A stretch of 64,000 bases of DNA from Eledone cirrhosa (GCA_964016885.1 CAXHJY010000600.1:1-64000); one strand, 5' to 3'; positions 1-15,654 are shown, counted from the first letter of the stretch. Notes: generated from the letters alone by a model not told the origin. Numbers and translations are program-made.

Positions 1-2041
<2,041 letters not shown>

Positions 2042-2185
2042 TTACTCGTTCCTATTACCCACTCTACTACCCTAAGTAAAAAAATGAAAACGAAATTTCA
2101 TTTCTCACTCTTAGTATGGCACTTACTTAAATGTAAGTATGTATGTATACGTACATACATATATGTATACAGACGTACAGTAGCA

Positions 2186-2283
<98 letters not shown>

Positions 2284-2524
2284 TGCTACTGTACGTCTGT
2301 ATACATATATGTATGTACGTATACATACATACTTACATTTAAGTAAGTGCCATACTAAGAGTGAGAAATGAAATTTCGTTTTCATTTTTTTTTTTCAACT
2401 TATCGTTTTCGGTATGCCTGACCGATTTAAACTCACTCAATATGCAAATTAGTCTTGCTCAGCCGTTAATTTTCATAAGGAAAGTATATACTTTCGAACG
2501 TTCAACTATCTGGCAGATGGGTAT

Positions 2525-2567
2525 ACGGTGCTGATGATAGCTAACAAGCTTGAAACTAGTACATCGT
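2525..2567 (+). ncRNA. Minimal type I hammerhead ribozyme (array copy 1)
   Basis: ACGGUG-CUGAUGA-U-AGCU-AACA-AGCU-U-GAAA-CUAG-UA^-CAUCGU: stem I ACGGUG/CAUCGU, stem II AGCU/AGCU, palindromic stem III ACUAGU, GUA triplet, predicted cut after 2561. Confidence 0.88.
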
Positions 2568-2728
2568 TCCTGTGTCAGTGTTGAACAAAAAGGTGACGTG
2601 GTTGCCTTAACACCGTATGGCATAAATTCAGGGCTGTTCAGTTTGTTTACAAACGAACAAAGCGGCGTTATAATAAGCGTCCCGCTAAACTGATGCGTGC
2701 ATATATGTATGTGTACCTGTATGTATAT

Positions 2729-2784
<56 letters not shown>

Positions 2785-3024
2785 TGCTACTGTACGTCTG
2801 TATACATATATGTATGTACGTATACATACATACTTACATTTAAGTAAGTGCCATACTAAGAGTGAGAAAATGAAATTTCGTTTTCATTTTTTTTTTTCAA
2901 CTTATCGTTTTCGGTATGCCTGACCGATTTAACTCACTCAATATGCAAATTAGTCTGCTCAGCCGTTAATTTTCATAAGGAAAGTATATACTTTCGAACG
3001 TTCAACTATCTGGCAGATGGGTAT

Positions 3025-3067
3025 ACGGTGCTGATGATAGCTAACAAGCTTGAAACTAGTACATCGT
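3025..3067 (+). ncRNA. Minimal type I hammerhead ribozyme (array copy 2)
   Basis: Same sequence as 2525-2567. Confidence 0.88.
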
Positions 3068-3224
3068 TCCTGTGTCAGTGTTGAACAAAAAGGTGACGTG
3101 GTTGCCTTAACACCGTATGGCATAAATTCAGGCTGTTCAGTTTTGTTTACAAACGAACAAAGCGGCGTTATAATAAGCGTCCGCTAAACTGATGCGTGCA
3201 TATATGTATGTGTACCTGTATGTA

Positions 3225-3282
<58 letters not shown>

Positions 3283-3521
3283 ATGCTACTGTACGTCTGT
3301 ATACATATATGTATGTACGTATACATACATACTTACATTTAAGTAAGTGCCATACTAAGAGTGAGAAATGAAATTTCGTTTTCATTTTTTTTTTCAACTT
3401 ATCGTTTTCGGTATGCCTGACCGATTTAACTCACTCAATATGCAAATTAGTCTGCTCAGCCGTTAATTTTCATAAGGAAAGTATATACTTTCGAACGTTC
3501 AACTATCTGGCAGATGGGTAT

Positions 3522-3564
3522 ACGGTGCTGATGATAGCTAACAAGCTTGAAACTAGTACATCGT
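3522..3564 (+). ncRNA. Minimal type I hammerhead ribozyme (array copy 3)
   Basis: Same sequence as 2525-2567. Confidence 0.88.
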
Positions 3565-3720
3565 TCCTGTGTCAGTGTTGAACAAAAAGGTGACGTGGTT
3601 GCCTTAACACCGTATGGCATAAATTCAGGCTGTTCAGTTTGTTTACAAACGAACAAAGCGGCGTTATAATAAGCGTCCGCTAAACTGATGCGTGCATATA
3701 TGTATGTGTACCTGTATGTA

Positions 3721-3806
<86 letters not shown>

Positions 3807-4045
3807 TGCTACTGTACGTCTGTATACATATATGTATGTACGTATACATACATACTTACATTTAAGTAAGTGCCATACTAAGAGTGAGAAATGAAATTTC
3901 GTTTTCATTTTTTTTTTTCAACTTATCGTTTTCGGTATGCCTGACCGATTTAACTCACTCAATATGCAAATTAGTCTGCTCAGCCGTTAATTTTCATAAG
4001 GAAAGTATATACTTTCGAACGTTCAACTATCTGGCAGATGGGTAT

Positions 4046-4088
4046 ACGGTGCTGATGATAGCTAACAAGCTTGAAACTAGTACATCGT
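4046..4088 (+). ncRNA. Minimal type I hammerhead ribozyme (array copy 4)
   Basis: Same sequence as 2525-2567. Confidence 0.88.
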
Positions 4089-4244
4089 TCCTGTGTCAGT
4101 GTTGAACAAAAAGGTGACGTGGTTGCCTTAACACCGTATGGCATAAATTCAGACTGTTCTGTTTGTTTACAAACGAACAAAGCGGCGTTATAATAAGCGT
4201 CCGCTAAACTGATGCGTGCATATATGTATGTGTACCTGTATGTA

Positions 4245-4314
<70 letters not shown>

Positions 4315-4553
4315 TGCTACTGTACGTCTGTATACATATATGTATGTACGTATACATACATACTTACATTTAAGTAAGTGCCATACTAAGAGTGAGAAAT
4401 GAAATTTCGTTTTCATTTTTTTTTTTCAACTTATCGTTTTCGGTATGCCTGACCGATTTAACTCACTCAATATGCAAATTAGTCTGCTCAACCGTTAATT
4501 TTCATAAGGAAAGTATATACTTTCGAACGTTCAACTATCTGGCAGATGGGTAT

Positions 4554-4596
4554 ACGGTGCTGATGATAGCTAACAAGCTTGAAACTAGTACATCGT
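4554..4596 (+). ncRNA. Minimal type I hammerhead ribozyme (array copy 5)
   Basis: Same sequence as 2525-2567. Confidence 0.88.
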
Positions 4597-4752
4597 TCCT
4601 GTGTCAGTGTTGAACAAAAAGGTGACGTGGTTGCCTTAACACCGTATGGCATAAATTCAGGCTGTTCAGTTTGTTTACAAACGAACAAAGCGGCGTTATA
4701 ATAAGCGTCCGCTAAACTGATGCGTGCATATATGTATGTGTACCTGTATGTA

Positions 4753-4808
<56 letters not shown>

Positions 4809-4861
4809 TGCTACTGTACGTCTGTATACATATATGTATGTACGTATACATACATACTTAC

Positions 4862-4907
<46 letters not shown>

Positions 4908-4929
4908 ATATGTATGTATGTATGGTATG

Positions 4930-6125
4930 ATAATAGTCAAATAGTTATGGATTGTTTTAACGTCCTCAAACACTAAGAAAGCTAAGTTCACTCAATTTGA
5001 TATCGTTGACTTCGATATCCTAGACCTTACTTGATAACTGTTTCTACTTTAGGCACAAGGCCAGCAATTACCCAGTGCATTACTGGTACTTTATTTTATC
5101 GACCCCGTAGATAACACCCTTCATTTTGTTGGTAATTTAGACCGATTAGTAATATCCCACTGATGAAAACCTCCTCTTTAATAATAACGAACCCTGGATA
5201 AAGAAATCCATGAACAACGACCCATTCGATGTTCCAATGGGATCATCTGACAATGCTGAGATATGCTGTTTGAGGGGCCTTTTTATCTTAGACACACTAC
5301 CTAATAAATTTCCTGACTTCTGTATGGGCTTATATCGTGATGACGGTCTAGCAATATCGAGCCATAAAAGTTGTCATGACCTCGACAAATTTAGAAAGAC
5401 GTAGTCTTAAAAATTACTGTATCTACCAACCTCACTAGTGTTAACTTCCTAGACGTTAATTTAGACCTACGTACACGCAAATACCGTCCAATCCACATAC
5501 CCAGTGAGAAACTTAAGTACATTCATAAGGACTCTAGCAATCTCTCTATAGTTTTTAAAATCTTATTACTAAGAGTGGATCCAATGTTTCTTCTGGGAAA
5601 GCCATCTTTGATAGAGCAGCACCCCACCACAATTACGCACTAACCAACAGCCGATTTTCCGAAAGAATCTTTTACTCTCCAGATCACCGGCTTACATCTA
5701 GAAAGAAAAACCTAGACATAAAAATGTCATATGGCTCGCACCGCCTTTCGCACTTAATGTGAAAACTAATGTAGGTAGAAAATTCCTAGCCCTCCTAGAT
5801 CTTCACTTCCTTGTAGGCCATATATAACGACAGATATTCTATCGCCATACAGTGAAAATAGGCTACTTTTGTACCAATAACATTAAAGCCCACATCACAG
5901 GCAAATGCAAAAGCCCTCCACCTTACGGATGCTCATGTAGACAGCCAGAGAACAACAGTGTAAAACTCAAGCGGTGATTCATCAGGCAGAAGTGACCTCC
6001 ACCAAACAAAACCACCAGAATGTCCCAGAACCGGTTCCAATGCTCTACATGAACCACCAAACAACCTTCAGACATCCTGACAAAATACATGCCACCCAGC
6101 TCGCAAAACATGTGGGGATAAGTAG
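4930..6125 (+). mobile_element. Decayed Penelope-like retroelement ORF (RT, thumb, GIY-YIG remnants)
   Basis: Frameshifted motifs [10 protein letters not shown] (~4985), LLFNNNEPWIKK, FDVPMGSSDNAEICCLRGLFIL and GLYRDDGL (ORF 5210-5404), VNFLDVNLDL, APPFALNVKTNVGRKFL, NHQTTFRH..TQLAKHV; SINE fragment inserted at ~5040-5108. Confidence 0.85.
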
Positions 6126-6159
6126 AAACCATTTACAGATCTCTCTGTATTTTTTTACA

Positions 6160-6420
6160 GTGACCATGTTGAGGAGGAGAAAGTTGAGGTGATATGGGCA
6201 TGCGACATAACCAGAGGGTCTCTGGAAGAAAACTGACCAAGGAACAGGGAAGTAGAAGAGAAGACGTGTCAGAGAGATGAAGCGGTGGATTGACAATATA
6301 GCTGAGTAGACGAGGTAGAACTTTTCCACAACCCAGGCATTCCCCCATGACCATCAGGGATGGAGGCAAATGGTGCAGTGTTCCAACGACTCCGTAAGGG
6401 GTTAGAGGACTGTGATGTTA
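6160..6420 (+). mobile_element. RTE-clade LINE 3' coding remnant
   Basis: Broken frames give RRRKLR*YGH...QGT...KRWIDNIAE, typical of the RTE post-RT region. Confidence 0.6.
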
Positions 6421-6540
6421 ATGGTGATGATCCAAAAGCTAGGGCTAATACAGTATCTGTTCCTTGTTCTATAGGTGGGGCCCTTGTTCGGGGTTTGATT
6501 CAGCTCTTATGCCAATGTTTCACGATCCTTCCAGTATCTC

Positions 6541-6618
<78 letters not shown>

Positions 6619-6682
6619 GTAGAACACTGGAAGGTAATATCCGTAGTAGTAGAGCACTGAGTCCATGGGACGAGTTAGGTAG

Positions 6683-6834
6683 AAGTGGTTACATAACAGT
6701 TAGTTCACCATACCGAGAACAATTGTTTCACCTTAGCGGATCCTCAGTTCGTAATGGACATTACGTGCTGAGGATCCGCTAAGGTGAAACAATTGCTCTC
6801 GGTGTATGGTGAACTAACTGTTGTGTAACCACTT
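6683..6834. mobile_element. Fold-back (palindromic) PLE-type insert with HHR cores
   Basis: Inverted arms centred at 6757/6758; each carries CUGAGGA-U-CC-GCUAA-GG-U-GAAA-CAAUUG; stem I imperfect; between TA tracts. Confidence 0.7.
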
Positions 6835-6852
6835 ATATATATATATATATAT

Positions 6853-7136
6853 AAAGAAGGATCAATAAAAAAACAGGTAGACATCATAAAAAGGTAATTT
6901 ATTCCAAGTGTTTACAAATGTTTCTTTAGTAGTTACACAGCCTAGTCAAAATATATACAAATTGGTAGTTATTAATTTGCAGATACTCAATTTGAGTAAC
7001 TGCAAATTACTAACTACGAATTAATAACTACAGTCATATAGCATGACAACACTGTGTAACTACTAAAGAACCATATGTAAACACTTGGAATAAATTACCT
7101 TTTTATTATGTCTACCTGTTTTATTAATCATTCTTT
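6853..7136. repeat. Long imperfect inverted repeat (PLE-type fold-back)
   Basis: AAAAAGGTAATTTATTCCAAGTGTTTACA mirrors TGTAAACACTTGGAATAAATTACCTTTTT; centre near 6990. Confidence 0.75.
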
Positions 7137-7306
7137 ATCTACACTCCGGAATATAGAAGAATCGGAAACCAAGTCTCTTTACTGTTCTTTTGTAACTCGT
7201 TGAGTAACCCCTCACCGTACGTCGACTCTATCTAGTTTAGTAATTAACCATTACTACATTCAGGATAATCCTAAGCATTTCTTGCATAACCTAATATATA
7301 TATAGA

Positions 7307-8240
<934 letters not shown>

Positions 8241-8338
8241 CATATATAATAAATAGGAGTTGCGGTTTTATTCGTACAGAGTGCTTTACAACTGTTTACG
8301 AAAAAGTCGGCAAATTATTTGATCAACCTGCTTTCATC

Positions 8339-8472
<134 letters not shown>

Positions 8473-8642
8473 ACGGAAAATCAGAAAAATTGGCATAACA
8501 TTGACTAAATGATGTAGTCAATAATGGGGATAATAAACTCACAGAGCGGATAATACCCATGTTTTTTCCATCCAGGGGATTTATATGCCCCGTTATTCGA
8601 CTACTATGTTATTTAGACAATATACGACAAAGCTTTTATTTC

Positions 8643-8695
<53 letters not shown>

Positions 8696-9305
8696 TTCAG
8701 GAAGAAGGCTGTCAATTCTGTCAGTCACTCCGCACAGCTTATCTCCTTCATTAAGACAATCTTTTTAACTTATCTTCATTAGATTGTCTCAGTTTCCAAA
8801 GTTAATTTGACACTGTGTGGTAAATATGGCTGAGAACATTTATTCAAGCAGTTAATGACACATGACGAACATGGTTTCCCAGTCTTTTGTACTGAATGGC
8901 GTAAGAAAGCCACCCATCCAGTTGTCTATATATTGTCATCAACCTGGTGAGATACACATTGAAACGATGCATCATTGCTCAAACATCAATCATCGCTGTT
9001 TAAAATCTATCCTCAATGCAGATATGGAGGATAAACTGTAAACAGCGATGATGATGATGTGTGTATACACATACATACACACACACACATATGTATATAT
9101 ATATATGTGTGTGTGTTTTGTGAGTGTGTGTAAATAAGTGAAAAGTGGAGATGTTTAAGAAGCCATCAAAGCCACTGGGTTATAATTACCGAGGGAACAA
9201 TTCAACCCATTGCCTTGGTAATTATAACCCACTTCCATTGTATGGCTGCCTAAATATACACACGTTTCATTTTTATATTTCGTATTCCACAATATATATA
9301 CATGC

Positions 9306-9540
<235 letters not shown>

Positions 9541-9786
9541 ATATATATAGATAGATAAATATACACGGGTGTGTATGATTGTGTATAGGAGATTATATTA
9601 ATAAGAGGACTTCCAACTTTGTCTGATTTACTCGTTTTATTTACAATCCTTTAAAATTTATATATCCATATATATATATATGGATATATATTTATATATA
9701 TATTTATATATATGGATATATATGGATATATATATGGATATATATGGATATATATGGATATATATATATATATGGATATATTATAT

Positions 9787-10080
9787 AGCTAATAAGCTTG
9801 GAATTAGTACATCGTTCCTGTGTCAGTGTTGAACAAAAAGGTGACGATGCTTGCCTGAACGCTGTACGGCGTAATTCGGGCTGTTTGTTTACAAACAAAC
9901 AGAACATTATAATAAATGTTCGGTAAACCCATACGTACATATATATATGTGTGCATGTATGTATATATATACATACTACTGTACGTCTGTATACATATAT
10001 GTATGTACGTATACATACATACATTTAAGTACCAGCCGTACTAAGAGTGAGAAATGAAATTTCGTTTCATTCTTTTCCAT
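9787..10080 (+). repeat. Diverged solitary relative of the 500-bp array unit
   Basis: AGCTAATAAGCTTGGAATTAGTACATCGTTCCTGTGTCAGTGTTGAACAAAAAGGTGACG... matches the array; starts in HHR stem II, GAAA mutated. Confidence 0.85.
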
Positions 10081-10123
10081 ATATGGATATATATTTATAT
10101 ATATATTTATATATATGGATATA

Positions 10124-10191
<68 letters not shown>

Positions 10192-10451
10192 TTTCTTTAT
10201 TAACCACAAGGGTTTACATAAAGTAGACATTAAGGACAGTGCAGGACAATGCAGGATGGTACAAATGGGCATTTCTGCGTGTAAAAAACAAAAACAGAGG
10301 ATGTAACAAAAATAACAATGAAAATAACAATGAAAAATTCCCCCAATAGGGGGGAGACTTCGGAGGGACATTTGTGGAGAAAGCCCAGTAAAAAGCCACA
10401 ATGACCCTGACCACCAAGGCAAGTGCCCTCTCCCAGTTTTCCACCTTTAAT

Positions 10452-13400
10452 TTACAGATATATACTCAGAGTAGGCCCATTCACTCGGGCCATTCTTGCT
10501 TCTCTCACCCATCTTTCAACAAAATGCTGGGAAGAGAGCACTTCCCTCTCTACTCTGATTTTCCTTTTCAAATGAAATTTGAAAAAGTCAATCAGAGCAT
10601 CACCGAAGAGGTAAGTGCTCGTCTTCAGCCCTTTCAAACGTGTCCACCATACTATCTCTTTCGCCATGGCCACCAGACAGATAAAAACTGCCTGCCCTTC
10701 CCGGCTAAAGGAGGAGGGCGGGGCAATCCTCACGATGGACTCAGATGATAGCCGGATCCGTCCTAGACGCGACAGCAGGTGTTCGACATAAACCCACAAG
10801 TCAGCAATTTTCGGACACTGGACGAGTGCGTGCAGGACGGTTTCGTCGCCCTGCGCGCATCTCGGACATGCCCGGCTGACGGCACCTCCATGCCTGTAGA
10901 GTTTATCCCGAACTGGCAAGGCTCCTCGGTAGCACTGCCAGGCCAGAGATTTCTGGAAGTTGTCCATAGGCCCCGGCCCGAAAGTTCTTTCAAAGAGATT
11001 GGCTAGTTGATTTTCGTCGACGCCTAGAGTTTCCCCAAGTACGTCGTCGCTCTTACCCTCCACTAATCCTCTATAGAACGCCGAGGTGGAGTTTCCACCG
11101 ATCACATTGCCCGATTGGTCGAGGGCTGTGAGCGCCTGAAGACATTCCAGTCTCCAGGCGCTCCCTCTCGGTCTTCGCTTGACCCAGGACTGCAGCTCCG
11201 TCAAGGAAACGAGCTGGTGAAATACGTGTCTAGCAAACGGCGACCACACCTGATCACCGTCGAGGAAGAGGTGGAGATGTCGTAGCCTGAGCGCGTGCCT
11301 GCGCATCATCAGCCACGGCATGCCCAGCCCTCCACGTAGCGGGTGTTGACAACAGATGGACCGCCTCACCATCGGAGCGCGTCCCTTCCACAAAAAGCGA
11401 AAGAGCAAACGCTCCAGCGCAGTCAGGCGAGGCTTAGGACAAGGTACGACGGTCAGGCGGTAGCAGATGACAGACGCAATGTACGCGTTAGCCACCTCCG
11501 CTCGACCTTTCAGGGATAGCTTCCTCTCCGCCCATTTCTGGGTGAGAGAAGCCACCCTGCTCGTCACCTCGTCCCAGTTTTTGTCCGTCTGGAGGTCCGG
11601 ACCGAACCAGACCCTTAGCAATTTAACCGGTCCGTCCGTCCAGCGTCCGACGACGCTGTTGGACGGCATGGACCTGCCTCTCCAGGTGCCGAGCTGCAGG
11701 CCCACTGACTTTTCCTGGTTGATCATTGCTCCTGTCACCGCTTCGTATTCTCTTAGTGTAGTGCCGATCGCCTCGATGTGTTTGGCGTTGACACCACTAC
11801 CGTGACATCGTCCGCATATGCTGACACGGTTCTTCCGCATCCTAGTTCGCGCGGGATGCCCCTCAACGTCTCCAGTTTGTGCAATAATGGCTCGAGAGTC
11901 AATACGTACAAGAGGGACGAGAGGGGACATCCTTGGCGGACCGAGCGCATGATGTTGAACGGTTCCGACAGGTGACCGTTCACTCTCACCACAGAGCAGA
12001 TGTCGCTGTGCATGGCAGCGATCCAGCCTCTGAAGACGGGCCCAAAGCCAGCCGCCCTCAGGACTGCCGCTAGGTAACGATGGTCGACCCTATCGAAAGC
12101 TTTCGACTGATCTAAATTGATCAAGGACCCACCCGTGCCAGGTTCCCTAGCTACCCTCTCTACGATGTATCGCATGAGGTGGAGGTTGTCGTGGATGGAT
12201 CTGTCGGGAATGGCGCATGTCTGCGCCTCTCCCACCAGACTACCAACGACAAGCGCCAACCTCTTTGCTAGCACCTTGGCCAAAATCTTGAACTCTGTGT
12301 TTAGCAGAGTTATGGGCCGGAAATTATCTATGTTATCCCCCTTGTTCGGATCCTTTCTCAGCAGTGCCACCGCTCCTCGGCTCACAGAACTGGGAATTCT
12401 CCCGTTCTGTTGCCAGTTGCAGTAGACGTCCGCCAAGAGGCCTCAGAACAAGTCTGGCATCTGTACGTAAAGTTCATAGGGCAGACCATCCAAACCAGGC
12501 GATTTCCCCCTTGTGCAGCCAGTCATTGCCTCCCTTACTTCAGCGGCTGTTATCGGCTTTTCGCAACACTTCGCCTCAGTGGCCGAGAGCCGCGGCAGTC
12601 CGTCGAGGTAGACACTAAAGTCCATCCCTCGACCCGGACCACCGCTGCCCCCGAACAGCTGATCGAAGTGTCGCTGAAAAGCTTCACACATTTGCCCGGG
12701 ATCGAGTAGCATGCGCCCGTCGTGGTCCACCAAAGACCGGATCGTGGCTTTGTTGCCACGACGCGCCTCCGCCACTCGGGCCCATTGAACGGCTTTCGTC
12801 CCCTCGTGTCTGAGAGCACGCACCCTTGCTCTGACAACGCAGCCTTCGTGCTTTGCATTGAAGAATTGGTCAAGGGCCAATTTCGCCGCAAGCACGTCGG
12901 TCGCAATGCCTTTGCTAAGTGCCTCGTTTAATTTTCTAACTAGTTCTCCCTCTGCTCTATTTTTCTCTATTGCTAAAGTCTTACTAAACCTAATGGATTC
13001 TATTCTAATCGCTCTTTTCAGAGCAAACCACCACTTGTTGTTGACGATGGCCCCCGTCAACGCCCGCTTAACTAATTCGCTAATCCGGTCTCTGTAGGCC
13101 TTGCGCGCTGGTAAGGACGCGTTTAGCTTCCAGTAGCCGGGTCCTCGTCTATGAAGCCTATCTAAGTCACGCACACAGATCACGAATTTGTGGTCCGTGT
13201 AGCTGACTATCTTGAATTGTGGACAGCCTATGCTAGACCTATCTATTTCCCTACAAAATACTCTATCTAGATATGATCTGGATGACCATATGCGATTTGT
13301 CCAAGTCCACATTGGCACATTCGGGAAATCCAATCGGTACCTGTCAGACAGTTCAAAACGCCTGAGCAGGTTGGTGAGGCTCTTGCACCCTCCACCCCTA

Positions 13401-13513
13401 TCCGCTAATCCCACACAGTCCCAGCGTGCATCTAAGATCCCGTTCCAGTCGCCCACTAACATTAAAGAGCGGGACGTTCCAAGAAAGTTCTACAGACGCC
13501 GGAAGAAATCAGG
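10452..13513 (-). pseudogene. Tx1 ORF2 (partial APE endonuclease, RT, zinc finger)
   Basis: VGDWN, WTW, SYLDR, TDH, GPGYWKLN, KSPGLDG, FRPITLLN, DQSKAFDRVDH, SVRQGCPLS, YADD, CPRC..ETVLHALVQC; in-frame stops near 13492 and 12443, frameshift ~11790; N-terminal endonuclease half missing. Confidence 0.92.
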
Positions 13514-13861
13514 AAAAGATGGGAAAGACCACTTACCGTACTTTTCGTAGAGGAGGGATGGTTTTTACATCCCTTTTCACTTGATCGTCTGGTGAAGGGA
13601 CCGTTGAATCGTCCCTTCGGCTGGTCATCGGCTCTTCTATGAGTATGTCCGAATATACTCTTCGGTTGATAGTTCCTCCTAGGTCTTTGAAATCACCAAC
13701 TGCGTTGGGGAATTTCGTTTTAATGTTTGTGTATTGTTTCTGTGCTATTTTTAGCAGTCTTATGTTAGTTGGCGTTTTGATTGGTGCTGGTATTATGTAG
13801 TCGTGTTGTGAAATGTCTGTGTGTTCAATTTTGTAAGTCATTAGTTTCTTGTTGTGTGTAT

Positions 13862-15654
13862 TTATTGCCGTGCATTTGTTTTTCTGGGGGTGGGGTGTGG
13901 TTCTGCTATTTTCTTGTCGTTTTTGCTGGGTGTGTGTGTTTTGTTGTTGTGTTTGCGATGTTGGTGCTTGTGGTGGGGTGGTGGTGTTGAAGGTGTTGTT
14001 GTTGTTGGCGGTGGGGTTGTCGCCGGTGGTGATGGTGGTGCTAGTGTGGGTGGTGATGGTGTTGGTGGTGTTGCTGCTGTGAGTCTCTTTGCAGTAGACT
14101 TTACCCTTTTTTCATTTCTTTCCTCCCTTTTCAAAGGCGACGATGCGCTGCTTCTGCGTTTGTGCCTTCTTACGACCTTTTGCCATCCCTCTCCCACCTC
14201 ACACTCCATGTCTGATTCTGTGAGGTCGGGGAGGGGTACCAGCTCCACTCTTTCACTTGTTGTTGTTGGTGATGTCTGCACTGGAGTCTCTGTTGCAGCT
14301 GCATTTGGTATTGCTGTTGTTGTTGTTGTTAATACTTCCACTGCTGCTGCTGTTTTTGATTTCCGTGGCGTGGGTATGGGTGCCACGGACCTATCGTTCC
14401 TGGTTACCGCTTGTCCTGTTGCTGGTAACCGTGGAGCCGGTTTCGGAAGGAGGGGGGTTTTCTCCTTTCTCAGGGTCTTCTCGTTGCAGAAGGCCCTGAG
14501 GTGAGTCTTCGATCCACAGCGAAAGCATTTCGGGCGTTTGCCCTCAACACTTATGGGCAGTTGAGTGCCGTTATCGAAGTCTATCACATCCGGGATAGCT
14601 TCGATGCACTCCTGGTTGGTTTGGATTAACATCTCAATGGAGGTGCCGACTCAATCTTCTCTTACTTTTTTCTGTACTTGCAGTACAGTTGTTTTGTCCT
14701 CGATTCCGACGAGGACAGACGCGGCCAGCCAAGAAGGGGCCATACCGGGGGGGTGACGTGGGTCAGTTTGACCCTCACAATTTTTTGCCCGCAGTAGGAG
14801 GGCACCAACACCATTTCCTCGCTCCTTAGGGTCACTACGGATTGAGCCTTTGCCTCCTGGGGTGTGGCAAAAAGTACGTCTACGGTGGCATATTTCTTGC
14901 CTCGGGTGATGTGTGTTTTCCGCTGCCACACAGGCCCCAAGGCTTTTTGTATTTGAGCCTCTGTGGCTCCTTCCACCCTACGGGACTTTGTACTTACTGT
15001 ACGGTACGTGACCGTACAGTGCTGTTGGGTTTCGAAAAAATTTTCCGCTGCCTTGCAAATTGCTCGGTGTCCAGTTTTTGTCACCATCTTCTTCGCTTCC
15101 TCTAATTCCTCATTTGTTATGAGGATTGTTTCCAGGTTCTTCGCGATACCTGCAAACGAGATTGGTTTTTCTTTGCTGCTGTTGTTGTTGTTGTTGTTGT
15201 CGTCGGAGCTGCTGTTACTTTTGTTGTTGCTGCAGGTACTACGACTACTGCCGCCGCCGCTGTTGCTGTGGTTGTTGTTGTGGTTGCTGCTGCTAATGCT
15301 GTTGTTGTTTATGCTGCTGCTGCTGATGCTGTTGCGGCTGCTACTGTTGTTTTCATTGTCACTGTTGCTGTTGTTATTACGGCTGCTACTGCTATTATTC
15401 CTGACGTCAGACGAATGAAATGGGTTTTTGTATTTCCCGCACACCTGTTTCGTCGTTGTCGTCGTGGAGAAATCTTGCACGCTTTGCACGAGACTTTTCT
15501 TTTCTGTCGTCGCTTGCGAAAGAGAAGGGAGGGAGAAAGACACATTTAAAGAAGGGAGGGAGAGACACAATCTTCTCTCTGCTGTAGTGACGATTGAGGA
15601 AGAAGAAGACGGAATGAGTGGGAGTGACCTATGAAAATTCTTTTTCGTAGCCAT
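13862..15654 (-). pseudogene. Tx1 ORF1 (gag-like, CCHC knuckle)
   Basis: ATG at 15654 (MATKK); Ser/Asn low-complexity tract; frameshift in G-run ~14750; in-frame TGA at 14651; CFRCGSKTHLRAFC knuckle; GWQKVVRR motif. Confidence 0.85.

Larger units (their letters stand above)
2280..4865 (+). repeat. Tandem array of ~500-bp HHR-containing units (5 full + 1 partial) separated by (TA)n; retrozyme/PLE pLTR-like
   Basis: Near-identical units start GCATGCTACTGTACGTC; HHR spacing 500, 497, 524 and 508 bp, varying mainly by TA-tract length; inverted partial unit at 2078-2188. Confidence 0.93.

Noticed and set aside
2280-4865. CRISPR-like repeat-spacer appearance and repeated ...FLMKING minus-strand ORFs
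   Set aside because: Units are ~450 bp with TA-only spacers, no cas genes, eukaryotic context; the ORFs start in microsatellite and vary in frame
5160-5172. CTGATGAAAA as a hammerhead core
   Set aside because: No stem II or flanking stems; lies in decayed RT coding sequence
12443-14653. In-frame TGA codons in Tx1 ORFs as programmed readthrough or selenocysteine
   Set aside because: The same copy has a TAG, frameshifts and a deletion, so ordinary decay is sufficient
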